Shown here one piece after another: positions 25,481-39,037 of a stretch of 64,000 nucleotides of DNA (position 1 is its first letter; each line of letters opens with the position of its first letter). Source of the stretch: Scyliorhinus canicula (lineage: Eukaryota); contig NC_052162.1 in assembly GCF_902713615.1 (NCBI RefSeq), positions 110,511,811-110,575,810 of the forward strand, given 5' to 3'. Under the pieces are notes generated by a model. It did no database searches. It was not told the origin of the DNA and saw only the letters and a program-made list of their open reading frames with translations. The position numbers and the translations under genes were made by a program.

Positions 25481-28298
25481 GACAGCGCTGCAATAATGGG
25501 GTATAGTTACCCGATACGGAGAACAGAGGTAATACAGTGAATTCAGAGCTCTCTTCTCCTTAGCTCTGATCAAATGGTGGATACAGTGGCAGTATTTGTA
25601 TTCAACTTGTTCACTATATTAGTGATCTGACATTATTCACACCATAATCACAAGGCTTTCTGTACATTGTTCTGAGTGTGAGCACAAGGCTGTGTCACTA
25701 TCACACCCAGATACCATTTTCTTGTTCCATATCTCCATCCAAAAAGCAGCTCTTTACACATCCCCATTTCTATACAGTTGCAGCAGACAGGAACAAGAAT
25801 GCGAGGCTCATTAATACACAGCCCATTTCACAAAAGCAAAGGTTCCACTGGGAGAAAGGTTCAGATATTCTCCATTGTAGACAAAATGCAGAGACAGGAG
25901 AGATTTACATTTGCATAGCGCCTTTCACAAACACGGGATTCCCCAAAGTGTTTTAAGCCAGAGAAGCACTGTTGAGGCCCGTCACTGTCATAGTGCAGGA
26001 AATCTAACAGTCAATTTGCACGCAGGCAGATCCCACAAGCAGCCATGCGATAATTACCAAATTACCCCTTTTGTGATTGAAGGGTAAATATTAACAGGAC
26101 ACAGGGAATAACTCCCTGGCTGTCATCGAAATAGTGCCACGGGTTAGTTAACATCCGCCAAAGCAGACAAAAAATATCTAGTTCTCTATTTCTTTGTTCG
26201 GTAATTTTGCCCATCCCCAATTGCCCTTGAACTGAGTGGCTTGCTGGGGCCATTTCGAAGGGCAGTTAAGAGTCAGCCACGTTGCTGTGGGTCCGGTGTC
26301 CCATGTAGGCCAGACCGAGGTAAGGACAGCAGATTTACTTTCCCTATAGGGACATTAGTGAACCAGATGGGAGTTTTTACGACAACCAATGATCACTTTT
26401 AGTTTTTAATTCCAGATTTATTAACTAAACTTAACTTAACTAAATTTAACCCATGACCCCACGGTATTAACCTGTGCAGGATTACTAGTCCAGTGACATC
26501 ACCATCACCTCTGCCCCTCCAATCCCCTCCCTCCCCGACGGAGTGATAGCAGGTCTGGAGGTGCAGCTCACCGTACTGCACAGGAGTAGTGGCCTTGATT
26601 GTTGTGTTCCGGTCTCCCAGGTGAAATTTAAACTGGAACCTTGATACCCTGAGGCGAGAGTGCTACCCGCTGAGCCATGGCTGAAACCAGTGTGTCGCAG
26701 GACACAGCAGCTTAAACCTGTGCCATCAGCTACAGTGTTTCGTTGAATACAGTTATTTAACAGAGATCAATTTGAACCAGATTTACAGGCTTGATGCTCT
26801 GTTAGCACATTGAAGGGAAGGGACACGTGCAAAATCCAAGAGCTGAGAGTGATAAGCAGACTGAGTTTTGTTCTTCTTCCCTGGTTGACAAAGCTGGGAG
26901 AGGCTCTCTGGGCTGTATGGGGAAGCTGGGACTTGTCTACCAGAGTAATGGTAGGTGTGGGAACAGAAATAACCTAGTGTGAGAAGGGAGAAAAGGCCCA
27001 GAAAAGGATCATACATCAATCAGTCTCATAATGGAGAAATTAAGAATGTGTTTACCCTGAAACTGATTCCTTTCTGGGATATGCTGACGTGTCCCTAACA
27101 ATGAACCGAGTCGAAAGTTCTGCCTCACCTAAGAGTTTAGGAATATAGCAACAGGAGGAGGCCATTCAATCCATAAAGAGTGCTCCAGAGTTCAGTTGGA
27201 TCCTGTTTATCACTGACCTCACCACCACTTTCCCGCCCCATCTCCAGTGTCATTAGTCTCCAGAAATCTGTAGATTTCTATCCTGAACACCCTCACCCTC
27301 TAAGTGAAGGAATTCCTCCTCATCTCAATCTTAAATGGCCTACCTCTTTATCCTGGGAATGTGTCCCTGGTTCTGCAGGAGGGTGTGGTGGAAACATCCT
27401 ATCTATATCCACCCTGCCGCACGTTTTGAGTCAAAGAGGTCTAGAGCACAGAAAAGACCTTCGGTCCTTTGTGTCTGCACCAGTCAAAAACAACCACCTA
27501 TTTATTCTAATCCCATTTTCCAGCACTTGGCCCACAGGCTTGTATGCCTTGACATCGCAAATGCACATCTAAACACTTTTTGAGTATCATGAGGGTCTCT
27601 GCCTCCATCACCCTTTCAGGCAGCGAATTCCAAACTCCTACCACCTCTGGTGAAAACGTTTTCTCTCACATCCCCTCTAAACCTCCTGCCCCTTACATTA
27701 AATCTATCCCCCCCCTGGTCATTAATCCTTCCACCAAGGATTCTTGTCTACCCTATGTGGCAAGATGTCCTCCCTTGGATAAGGAGATGAAAACTACATA
27801 GAATATTCCAGATGTGGTTTCACCGAGGCTCTAGGCAATTGCAGTGAGACATCCTTATTCCGCTACTCAAATACTGTTACAGTAAAGGCAATTTGTCTTC
27901 CTAATTGACTGCTGAACCTGCATGGCACCCTTTAGTGGCTCATGAACAAGGACACCCAGGTCACTTTGGACTCCAACACGTCCCAACCATTCACCATTTA
28001 AGAAACATTCCGACTTTCTATTTTTCCAAGCAAAGTTGAGAATAATACAAATGATAATAATAATGATAATGCCATGGTGGCTGTCACCATGCCGCTATCC
28101 TCCTCCCTGTTACTCTGCATTGTCTGCAGATCGGACTCCAGCTGAGGGTCCTCGAGCTACAGGCACTCATCATGAATAACATTATCCGGGAATCACAATC
28201 TTCCCCACAACTGCCCCCAGCTCTGCCTTGAGCTCTAAACTCAGGCCCCGTTAGATTCATCAGGAAGAAACAAAGGGCATGACTCACAACCCCTGCCG

Positions 28299-29228
28299 TC
28301 ACGCATGCACGTGCTGATGTCTCAGCAAGTGGGACGATCGCGTGAATCCCTTCCCGCATATAGAGCAGGTGAACGGCCTCTCACTGGTGTGCACCCGTTG
28401 ATGCCTCAGCAGGTTTGACGATCGATTAAATCCTTTCCCACACACGGTGCAGGTGAAGGGCCTCTCTCCGCTGTGTGTGCGCTGGTGGGTCAGCAGGTTG
28501 GAAGACAGGGTGAATCCCTTCCCACACACCGAACAGATGAACGGTCTCTCCCCGGTGTGAATGCGCCGGTGTATCAGCAGGTCCTTTGGGCTTTTGAAGC
28601 TCTTCTCACAGTCGGAACATTTAAAAGCTCTCTTATCAAAGTGAACCAGTTGGTGTGTCAGAAGGTGAGATGAATTAGAGAATCCCTTCCCACACACGGA
28701 GCAGCAATAAGGCCTCTCCCCGGTGTGAACTCGCTGGTGTGTCCGGAGATTAGATGACTGGATGAATGCCTTTCCACAGGCGGAGCAGGTGAACAATCTC
28801 TCTCCAGTGTGAACTCGCTGGTGTGTCCGAAGGTTGGACGCATGGGTGAATCCCTTCCCGCACACCAAGCAGACGTACGGCCTCTCCCCGGTGTGAATTC
28901 GTTTGTGCTGAATGAGGTGAGACGACTGTCTGAATCGCTTGTCACATTGAAAGCAACAGAACGGCCTTTCATCAGTGTGAACAAGCTGGTGTTTGATTAG
29001 ATCGGCAGAGATTTTAAAGCAATCACCACAGTAAGTGCATTTAAAGGGCCTCTCGTCGCTGTGAACCCGCTGGTGCAACTGGAGGCTGGACGACAAAGTG
29101 AATCCTTTCCCACACAGGGGGCAGGTGAATGGCCTCTCCCCAGTGTGACTGCGCCGGTGAGTTTCCAGCTGGGAGGGATAACTGAATCCCTTCCCACAGT
29201 CCCCGCATTTGCATGGTTTATCCATCAT
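28299..29228 (-). CDS. C2H2 zinc-finger protein ZNF-A, 11 fingers, no effector domain, 309 aa
   Basis: Intact ORF of 11 CxxC..HxxxH fingers with TGERPF linkers; acceptor CTTTTACAG at 29582 upstream. Confidence 0.92.
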   Translation of the reverse strand: MMDKPCKCGDCGKGFSYPSQLETHRRSHTGERPFTCPLCGKGFTLSSSLQLHQRVHSDERPFKCTYCGDCFKISADLIKHQLVHTDERPFCCFQCDKRFRQSSHLIQHKRIHTGERPYVCLVCGKGFTHASNLRTHQRVHTGERLFTCSACGKAFIQSSNLRTHQRVHTGERPYCCSVCGKGFSNSSHLLTHQLVHFDKRAFKCSDCEKSFKSPKDLLIHRRIHTGERPFICSVCGKGFTLSSNLLTHQRTHSGERPFTCTVCGKGFNRSSNLLRHQRVHTSERPFTCSICGKGFTRSSHLLRHQHVHA

Positions 29229-30351
29229 GCAGGAGTCCTTGCGTCGCTACAGGTTCCACAAACAAAAAAGTAGAAGCCTTGTTCCCAAACACTGGTTTGG
29301 TCTTTCTCCGCTGAGAATGGTGCAATGCTGTGCAACTGGTAAAGTTGTTTCCACAGTCAGTGCACTGGAATACTCTCACTCAAGTGTGAGTGTATGTCTT
29401 TCGGTACCTCTCCAGTCACATTGATGTTTGAAATTAATTCCACAGACAGAATATGAATTCTTCCTTCCAGAATCAATGGCTGATGATATTCTGGCCCCAA
29501 TGAATCGAGTGACTCAGGAAAATCTTGAGACCTGATGTTGGCTCTGAATTTTCCACCTGCAAGTCCTCTCCTCCGAAAATCCTGTAAAAGGAATGCCCAA
29601 ATATCATCACTCAATATCATAGAATCCTTACAGTGCAGAGGACGGCATTCGGCCCATCGAACCGTACCAACCTTACAACGGAGCACCTTACCTAGACAAC
29701 CTCCCCATCCCCGTAAGTCCTCCCAATCTTTTGGACACTATGGGGCAATTTTTGCATTTTTTTATTGGTTCAAGGGATGTGGGCGTTGCTGGCTCAGCCA
29801 GCATTTGTTACCCTGTCCTGAGGCAATTTAAGAGTCAATAACATTGCTGTGAATCTAGTGTCACATGTGGGCCAGACCGAGTAATGACAACAGATTTCCT
29901 AAAGGACATTAGTGAACCAGATGGGTTTTTATGACAATTGACAATGGTTTCATGGTCACCTTTTAGACTTTTAATTCCAGATTTTTTTTTATTGAATTCA
30001 AATCTCATGACGGGATTCAAACCCGGGTCCCTAGACCATGACTCTGGGTCTCTGGATTACTAGTCCAGCGATAATACCACTATTCCATTGCCTCCAACGT
30101 GCACATCTTTGGACTGTGGGTGGAAAACGGAGCAGGCAGACCCGAGAGAATGTGTAAACTCCAAACAGGTAGTCACCCAAGATCGGAATTGAACCCGGGC
30201 CCTGTGACACAGCCGTGCTCACCATTGTTCCACCATGCGCCCGATACAAGATAGAAATTCAGAACAGTATTTTCTACCCTCTCTTATTCCCAACCAAAGC
30301 TCGAAATTTTCTGCCCCATTCAACCCTCTGACTCCTCCCCGAGCTGAAATC

Positions 30352-30835
30352 CTTCAGAGTCATGAATACCGCCCAGTCCATCACACGAACCTGCCTCCCA
30401 TCCATTGATTCCATCTACACCTCCCACTGCCGGGGGAAAGCAGGCAGCATAATCAAGGATCCCTCCCACCCGGCTTACTCACTTTTCCAACTTCTTCCAT
30501 CGGGCAGGAGATTCAGAAGTCTGAGAACACGGACGAACAGACTCAAAAACAGCTTCTTCCCCACTGTCACCAGACTCCTAAATGACCCTCTTATGGACTG
30601 ACCTCATTAACACTACACCCATGTCTGCTTCATCCGATGCCAATGCTTATGTAGTACATTGTATATATTGTGTTGCCCTATTATGTATTCTCATGTATTT
30701 TCTTGAATTCTGTTTAATTCCCTTTTCTTCCCATGTACTGAATGATCTGTTGAGCTGCTTGCAGAAAAATACTTTTCACTGTACCTCGGTACACGTGACA
30801 ATAAACAAATCCAATCCAATCCAATCCAATCCAAA
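30352..30835 (+). mobile_element. Rex1/Babar-type LINE 3' end in the ZNF-A intron
   Basis: IIKDPSHP.YSLFQLLPSGRRFRSLRTRTNRLKNSFFP; AATAAA and (CCAAT)n tail. Confidence 0.85.
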
Positions 30836-31589
30836 ATCCAAATCTACTGCACCACCTCCACAATTACTGCCCTCTACTCCCATCAACCCGACCAGGTTTC
30901 ACCTGTCCCTCCACTCTTCCTGCAGTCCGCTCCTGTGCACAGACACAAGAGTAAAATTAACGAGGCAATTTTTTTTTTGAAAGCCGAAAGTTCTGCCTAA
31001 CCTAAGGGGGTACGAACATAGGAATAGGAGGGGACTTAGCCCATCGAGCCTGCTCCACCGTTCAATTAGACCCTGGCTTATCTGCAAATCATCCCCACCA
31101 TTTCCACATCCTCAAATGTCATTAGTCTCCAGAAATCTGTCACTTTCTATCCTGAACCTACTCAACGGTTGAGCTTCCACAGCCCTCTGGAGTAGAGATT
31201 TCACCAAGGTTCACCACCCTCCAAATGAAGAAATTCTTCCTCATCTCAAATGGCCTGCCCCTGTACCATGGGACTGTGTCCCCTCGCTCTAAACTGACCA
31301 ACAGGAGAAACATCCTGTCTACGTCCACATTGTCACGCCCTGTAGGAATGATGTAGGTTCCAATGAATTACCTCTCATTCCTCGAAACTCGGGGGACTAT
31401 AGGCCCAGTTTACCAAATCTCGAGAAATCCTCTGCCCCACCTGATTGAAATCCAAAACCTATAGCCGATCTCCATTTATTTTCTTCCCCCAGGGTTCTCA
31501 CATCCTTCCTTTGTGCCTGCGTTCAGCTCCTGTGCCGGAGACTCGAGTAATGTCAATGAGATCATTTTTTTCACTCCTGGTCACAGGGA

Positions 31590-32020
31590 CCTTGAAGCCC
31601 CGCCCACTCCTCCTGTGCACTCTCCAAGATGGCCGGGCCTTTGACCTCGATCCCCCCCTTTCCCTTACCAAGATGGCGGTCGCCCACTCGGTCAGGGCGG
31701 CTGCTCCCTCCGCGCCTGAAAGAGCGGTGGAAAGGCTGAGCCGACGGGCTCTCATTCGAGGCTCGAAGCCGACACTGGGCGTTGAGTAACCCTCGCTGCC
31801 GTCACGGACTTCCTCCTGCCCGTCCCGCCCCACCCCCCGCTCGCAACCACCGACAGCCTCCTCCAGCTCAGCCTGTCAGGACCGCAGGACAGCAGGGCCT
31901 TGCGCTTGCGCAAAGGGACTCCCGGAGTGGCGCCGGCGCTCTGAGGCTCCAGGGGTCACTGATAGGCACCTTCCAGCGCGCGCGGTGCTCTGGGCAAAGC
32001 GGCCGCCATTGACTGACCCC
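31590..32020 (-). promoter_or_regulatory. CpG-island promoter and non-coding exon 1 of ZNF-A
   Basis: CpG-rich; YY1-like AAGATGGC(C/G)G at 31626 and 31670; NRF1-like TTGCGCTTGCGCAA at 31900; GC boxes; donor TTG|GTAAGG at 31668. Confidence 0.7.
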
Positions 32021-32094
32021 CATTGATCCACGAAGCACTATATTTTCTGTCAGCCGAACATCAGTCAAAACAACAGATAGAATCGATCAGTCGT

Positions 32095-32730
32095 AGGGCA
32101 GCATGGTAGCACACTGGTTATCATTGCTGCCTCATAGCTTTAAGGACCCGGGTACAATTCCAATCTTAGGTGACTGCTTGTGTGGAGTTTGGCATTCTAC
32201 CTGGATTCTACGTGGGTTTCCTCCGGGTAGTCAGGTTTCTGCCCAGGGTCCAAAGATAATAATAATAATCACTTAGTAGGCTTCAATGAAGTTACTGTGA
32301 AAAGCCCCTAGTCGCCACATTCTGGCACCTGTTTGGGTAGGCCGGTACGGAAATTTAACCCGCGCTGCTGGCCTTGTTCTGCATTACAAACCAGCTGTTT
32401 AGCCCACTGGGCTGATTTAGCTCACTGGGCTAAAGCGTTGGCTTTTCAAGCAGGCCAGCAGCACGGTTCGATTCCCGTATCAGCCTCCCAGGACAGGCAC
32501 CGGAATGTGGCGACTAGGGGCTTTTCACAGTAACTTCATTGAAGCCTACTCGTGACAATAAGCGATTTTCATTTTCATTTTATTTCATTTCACTGTGCTA
32601 AACCAGATGTGCAGATTAGGTAGGGTTTTGGGAATGAGGAGATGGGGTGCGCCGAGGCAGGGTACTCTTTCAGAGGGTCTCTGTAGACTTGATGGGCCAA
32701 ATGGCCTCTTTCTGTACTCTCGGGATTCTA
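32095..32730 (+). mobile_element. Triple-nested SINEs (HE1-like > short SINE minus > short SINE plus)
   Basis: HE1 core is broken at CAAAGAT and resumes at AGATGTGCAG; the inner pair is inverted with CACTG duplicated. Confidence 0.8.
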
Positions 32731-33659
32731 TGAGATACAAACGGATTTAAATACGTCTTTTTAAAAATTAATTCATTGAACGTAGGCGTCGCTGGCTAGG
32801 CCAGTGTTTATTGCCCATCCCTAATTGACCTACAACTAAGTGTCTTGCTGTGCCATTTCAATGCTGTAGATCTGGACTCAGACGGAGGCCAGACCAGTAA
32901 GGATAGCCGATTTATTTCCCTAAAGGGCATTGGTGAAAGAGATGAGTTTTTAATGATAATGGTTTCATGGCCATCATTAGGCTTTTAATTCCAGATTTTC
33001 ACTAAATTCACATTTTACCATCTGCCTTGATGGGATACTAACCCAGGTGAAATGAAAAATGAAAATGAAAATCGCTTATTGTCACGAGTAGGCTGCAATG
33101 AAGTTACTGTGAAAAGCCCCTAGTCGCCACATTCTGGCGCCTGTCCGGGGAGGCTGGTACTTGTAGCTGTAGATTGTACCTTGACCAATGAATTTTACTT
33201 GCGGCAGCATGGTGACTGCGGGTTCAGCTCATGATTTAGCCCCATCCTGTTCCCTGGCCATCTGTTGTTTTTCAAGACCCTCACTTCCGCTGTCTTTTGC
33301 TCTCCCTTACTCCCATTTCTCTTATCTCAGTTGGTTCCCTTGTCTGACTGGGCGCAGGATGCTGGAGCTGCTGATACAAACTGCTTATTAAGCTGGCTGT
33401 ATTATTGCTGACCACGTTATTTCTATCTGATTCTGTCTGTTTTAGGAATATGGTCAAGTTAGCTAGCTTAAATCCCATCATACATTGCAGCCACTACTAT
33501 TAGCAAGAGTTTAAATGTTTGTTACTACTATGTTCTAAGAATACATGTTTAATAGTTAATAATGATAACTGGATATTCTTGCTATGATTAGTTTCAATCC
33601 TCAATAAAGTAACTTATGTGGAACTATTCTAGTGTTATCCTAGCTATCCAATTTTAAGG

Positions 33660-34290
33660 GGTCTCATCTCAGAACTCCCCCCACTCTTTCACAAATAACC
33701 TTTGATTCCCTTGCCGAAAAATAATCTACCTGCCTCCGCCTTAATGATATTCAATGACACCTCACTTGTACCACCTTCTGAGACAGAGTTCCAAAGTCAC
33801 ACAACCCTCTGATGAAAATCTTTCCTCACTTCTATCCCCAAAGGGCAAATCCTCATTTTAAAACAGTGTCCCCCTAGTCCTGGACTCACCCACAAGAAGA
33901 AATGTCAATTCCACATCCACCCTGTTGATCTTATGTACTTTGATCAAATCACCCCTCACTCCCAAACGCCAGTAGAAACAAGTCCGGTCCACCTAAACCT
34001 TTCCTCAAAGCACAACCCGCTCATTCCAGATATCAATCTGGTAAACATCCTCTGAACCACCGCCAACAAATTTACATCCTTCCTTAAATAAGGAGACCAA
34101 AGCTACACATTGTATTCAAGATGCGGTCTTACCAATGCCCTATGTAACTGAAGTATCACATCCTTACCTTACATTCAATTCCTCTCATAATAAAGGATAG
34201 CATTCCATTAGCATGTACCGGCAAACTAACTTTCTGTGACTCATGCACTAGAACACCCAGATCCGTCTACATCTCAGAATTCTGCAGTCA
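33660..34290 (-). mobile_element. CR1 LINE 3' fragment
   Basis: TCCTTAAATAAGGAGACCAAA and other CR1 3' ORF2 motifs shared with 6115-6680. Confidence 0.8.
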
Positions 34291-34559
34291 GTCAGGGAAG
34301 CTAAGGTTACAAGAAGTATAATGGTTAATGGGAACCAAAGCAGCAGGTCAGCCTGTGAGGAAAAGATAGAGGTTAATAGGATGAACAGACAGTCTAATGA
34401 CGACAGAGGGGAAAGGAAATGTAAAAATTCAAAATAGAAGGTGACTGTTGGAGTGAAAGCTGGGGATGAGGCTGAGTGTTATCAAAGATTAATAAAGGAG
34501 GTCAGAATGTGTGAAAGGCATAGTGCACAAGAGAACCCTGCAAGGGAAAGATGAGTCAG

Positions 34560-36890
34560 GAGGACATATTTTAAAAACCTTGTGCCTAAATGCACGCAGT
34601 ATTCAGAATAAGTTCAATGAGCTGTTAACACAAATAGTGACAAATGGGTATGGTTTGGTGGGGATTACTGAAACATGGTTGCAGGGGGACCAGGATTGGG
34701 AGTTAAATGTCCAAGAGTAGGCAGTATTTTCAAAGGATAGACAGGATAGAACAGGAGGTGGAGTTGCTTTATTGGTTAAAGGTGACATCAAAGCTGAATT
34801 AAGAAATGATATTGGCACTGAGGGCCAAACTGTTGAATCGATCTGGATGGAAACAAGGAAGTCAAGGAAGATAAAGACTATAGCATACCACACTACGAAA
34901 GCTAGTAGTAAACTGGAGGACTGGGAGAACTTTATGATTCAGTAAAAGGCTACTAAAAATAAAATTGAAAGAGCAAAGATGAATTACTAAAGGAAATTAG
35001 CAGAAAACATAAACACTGATACCAAAAGTTTCCATAAGTATATAAAGAAGAGAACAGCTAAAATAAATGTTGGCCCTTTAGAGGACAATACTGTTGAGGT
35101 AATAATGGGGAACACAGAGACCGCGGAGATTTTGAACTAATATTTTGCCTCTGTCTTCACGGTAAAGGATAATAAAACATTTCCAAAAACTAGTTAATGC
35201 AGAGGATGTATTGGTCATGGTATTTCAGATCCCTGGATTCTGGAAAGGCCCCAGTGGATTGGAAACACGCTAATGTGACACACCTATTCAAAAAGGGAGA
35301 GAGGCAAAAAGTAGGAAACTATAGACTGGTTAGTGGGGAACTTGCTGGAGTCGATCATTAAGGAGGAGATGACTGAACATTTGGAAAGACAAAGCTCAAT
35401 CCACCATTGTCAGCATGGTTGTATGAAGGACAAGTCATTTTCACAAATGTGCTTGAGTTCTTGAGGACGTAACTAGCAAGGTGGATAATGGGGAACCTGT
35501 GGATGTGGTGTATCTAGACTTCCAGAAGGCATTTGACAAGGTGCCGCATAAAAGACTGATCCAGAAGGTGCGATCGCAGAGGATTGGGGGTAGAGTATTA
35601 GGTTGGATTGAGGATTGGCTAACTGACAGAAAGCAGATGGTTGGGATAAATGGGTCCTTCTCTGGCTGGTGAACTGTAACTAGTGGGGTCAGTCCTTGGA
35701 CCTCAACTGTTTACAATCAATATAAATGACCTGCAACAAGGGATCGAGTGTGTTGTAGCAAAATTTGCGGATGGTACTAAAATAGGTGAGAAAGCAGGCA
35801 GTGAAGAGGAGATTAAAATGTTACAGATGGATATAGATAGGCTAGGAGATTGGGCCAAAATTTGGCAGATGGAGTTTAACGTAGATAACTGTGAAGTTAT
35901 CTATTTTGGCCAAAAAGTAAAAAGGCAAATTATTATCTAAATGAAAAACATTTGTCTGTGCAGAGATCTGGGTGCCTTTGTTCATGAATCGCAGAAAGTT
36001 GGTGTGCAGGTACAGCATGTAATTAAACAGGCAAATCAATGTTAGTGTTTATTGCAAAAGGACAAGAACAAAAGGAGTATAAAAGTAAGGAAGTGTTGTT
36101 GCAATAGTATAGGGTGTTGGTGAGACCACATCTGGAGTATTGTGTCCAGTTTTGGTCTCCTTATTTGAAGAAGGATGGGGTGGCATTGGAGGCAGTTGAG
36201 AGGAGGTTCACCAGATTGATTCCTGGGATGAAAGGATTGACATAAGAGGAGACATTAAATAGTTTGGGCTTATACTCGCTGAAGTTTAGAAGGATGAGAG
36301 GGGATCTGATTGAGGTGTATAACATACTAAAAGGGATTAATAAAGTAAATATAGACCAAATTGCCCCCTTGTGAGGCAGTCCAAAATGAGAAGTCACAGA
36401 TATAGTTTTTTTGATATATATTTTGAGTACCCAATTCTTTTTTTTCCAATTAAGGGGCAATTGAGCAGGGCCAATTCAGCTACCCTGCATATCTTTTTGG
36501 GTTGTGGGGGTGAGACCCACAGACACAGAGAAAATGTGCAAACTCCATACGGACAGCGACCCGGGGCCGGGATCAAGCCCGGGTCCTCAGCACTGTGAGG
36601 CAGTAGTGCATGTTTGAGAGGCAGTAGATTTAGAACTGAGATGAGGAGGAACTACTTCTCGCAAAGGGTAGTGAATTTGTGGCACTTGCTGCCCCATAGT
36701 GTGGTGGAATCAGAATCATTAAATGGTTTCAAGAAGGAGAAAGATATATTTCTGATTTTAAAAAACAGGTTAAAAGGGTATGGGCAACAGGTGGGAAGGT
36801 GGATTTGAGAGCAGGAAGAGATCAGCCATGATCTGATTGAATGACAGCTCGAAGGTTGAATTGCCTACTTCTACCCCTAATTGCTATGTT
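34560..36890 (+). mobile_element. Degenerate CR1 LINE (EN + RT), with a SINE at ~36410-36610
   Basis: LCLNARSI..VGITETWL; VDVVYLDFQKAFDKVPH; GSVLGPQLF; KFADGTK; LVRPHLEYC. Confidence 0.92.
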
Positions 36891-37313
36891 CCTTGTATTT
36901 AAGTCATGCTGTGCTTTTTTATTCTTCCTGCCAAAGTGAGCAACTTCACATTTTCCCCAGAGTATACTCCACCCATCAGATTTTTGCCCTCTCACTCAAC
37001 ATATCTATCTCCATCTGCAGCCTCTTGTCCTCTTCACAGCATATTTCCCTACCTATCCTCGTCTTCTCTGCAAAATTAGCTGGCATGCCTTCACTCCCCT
37101 CATCGAATGGGATGTTACTTGCTCAACTCTGAATATCATCCAGTTCTTGCTGCATTTGCACATGGACTGCTTCAGCAAATGCTCCTGAACATTGTGGCAA
37201 TCAGCAAACATCCCGGCTTCTGACCTTATAATGGAAGAAAGGCCATTGATGAAGCATGGTTGGGCCTAGTCCCTGTGGAAAGCATGAACAATATTTATCA
37301 ATATCAATATCAC

Positions 37314-37660
37314 TAGAATCTCATACAATCCCTACAGTGCAGGAGACCATTCGGCCCATCGAGTCTGCACTTAAACTTTCTGAAAAATCACTCTACCCAT
37401 GTCCACGTCCCCATCCACCCCACCCTGTTTACGGAACTCCATAACCTGACCTGCACATCCCTAGTCACCAAGGGAAATTTTGCATGGCCAATCCACCTAA
37501 CCTGCAAACATTTGGACATGTGGGAGGACACCGGAGCACGTGGAGGAAACCCACACACCCATGGGGAGAACATACAAACACCACACAGGCAGTCACCTAA
37601 GGCCGGAATTGAACCCAAGTCCCTAGCGAGGTAAGGCAACTGTGCTAACCACCGTGCCAC
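37314..37660 (-). mobile_element. HE1-like SINE
   Basis: Head/core/tail as other copies. Confidence 0.85.
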
Positions 37661-39037
37661 TCTAAAGGTAGATTAGACAGATTAGCTAGACATCATCACA
37701 TTTCTGGATGTGAAAGCTTGCCCTGTGCAGAACTGGCTGCTGTGTCATCCACTGCAATGACTGCATTTAGAAAAATATACTTTATTGGCTGGAAAGCATT
37801 TTGGGAAAGGGGTGCTCATGAAGAGTGCTGTATAAATGCAAGTCTTTTTGCTTTGTTCAGTCAGGTTTAAATGATTTGAAGTGAGTTCTGATCCAGGAAT
37901 TTGAAATAATCAGCAGTTTCTTTCAGAAGTTTTGAATGGTTTCTTTTGGGAGCTTTGAAATAGAAACTCTCGTCTTCAACTGGGGAAGAGCAGAATGGGT
38001 CCATGTCCTTAAAATTAGAGCATCTGCCATCTTGGACTGAAATCAGGAAGAAGCACAAGTGGCGTTGTGGTATTCTCTGGAGGATGTTGAAGAAGTCCTG
38101 ACAACTTGCAGATTCATCTTTTAACAACAGGTTGGAACTGAGTTCCAAAATGGAGTCCCCTATGGTCATGTTGAATTTGTGCTGCAATAGAATACACTTT
38201 AATTTTGGTAGTTGAGCACAGCTTTCCCCAAAAGGGGAAGGATCGGGGAATCATTGCAAGTGTCTATAATCAAGTTGTCTGGAAGGAACCAGGAAAGTCT
38301 GTGGCATAACTTAAAGGCGCAGACTTGCTCAAGACTCATTCTTCTTCGACCTACAACTAATGAAATTAACAACCTCAGAGAAAAGAAACAGGTGTTCACT
38401 CTGCTCATTTCACAGGCAAAATATCCAAGGATTAGACGCAAGTGATTTCCTCAATTCCATTCATGGAAGGTAGCCATCGTTGGGCAACGCCAGCATTTGT
38501 TGCCCATCCCGAATATCTTTCCTCAGTCATTTCAGAAGGGCAGTTGCTGGTTTTGCAGCTCAGTTAGCTGGACAGCTGGTTTGTTTTGCAGAACAAGGTT
38601 CAACAGCGCGGGTTCAATACCGGTACCAGCTGAGGTTATCCATGAAGGCTCTTCCGCCTTCTCAACCTTGCCCCTCACCTGGGGTGTGGTGATCAGGTTA
38701 AGTCACCACCAGTCAGCTCTCACTCTCAAAGGGGAATGTAGCCTGTGGTCCTCTGGGATTATGACAATTTTTTTTACTTACTTACATTGCTGCTCGAGTC
38801 TGGAGTCACATGTAGGCCACACGAGGCACGAATTAGGTGTACATTAGGGAGACTAGCTCCTAATTTCAGATTTTAATAATTGAATTTAAATTCCACCAGC
38901 TGCCTTGGTGAGTTCTGACCCCATGACCTCAGGGCATTAACCTGGGCCTTTAGATTACAAGTTCAACAACACGACCACGACACCACCATCCATTGATTTA
39001 TTTTTTCCTCGTATGCAGAATTTTAATCTCCATCCAG

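Noticed and set aside
28473-29273. Antisense and alternate-frame ORFs over the ZNF genes (also 39078-40130, 56358-57279)
   Set aside because: Expected shadows of repetitive finger codons.
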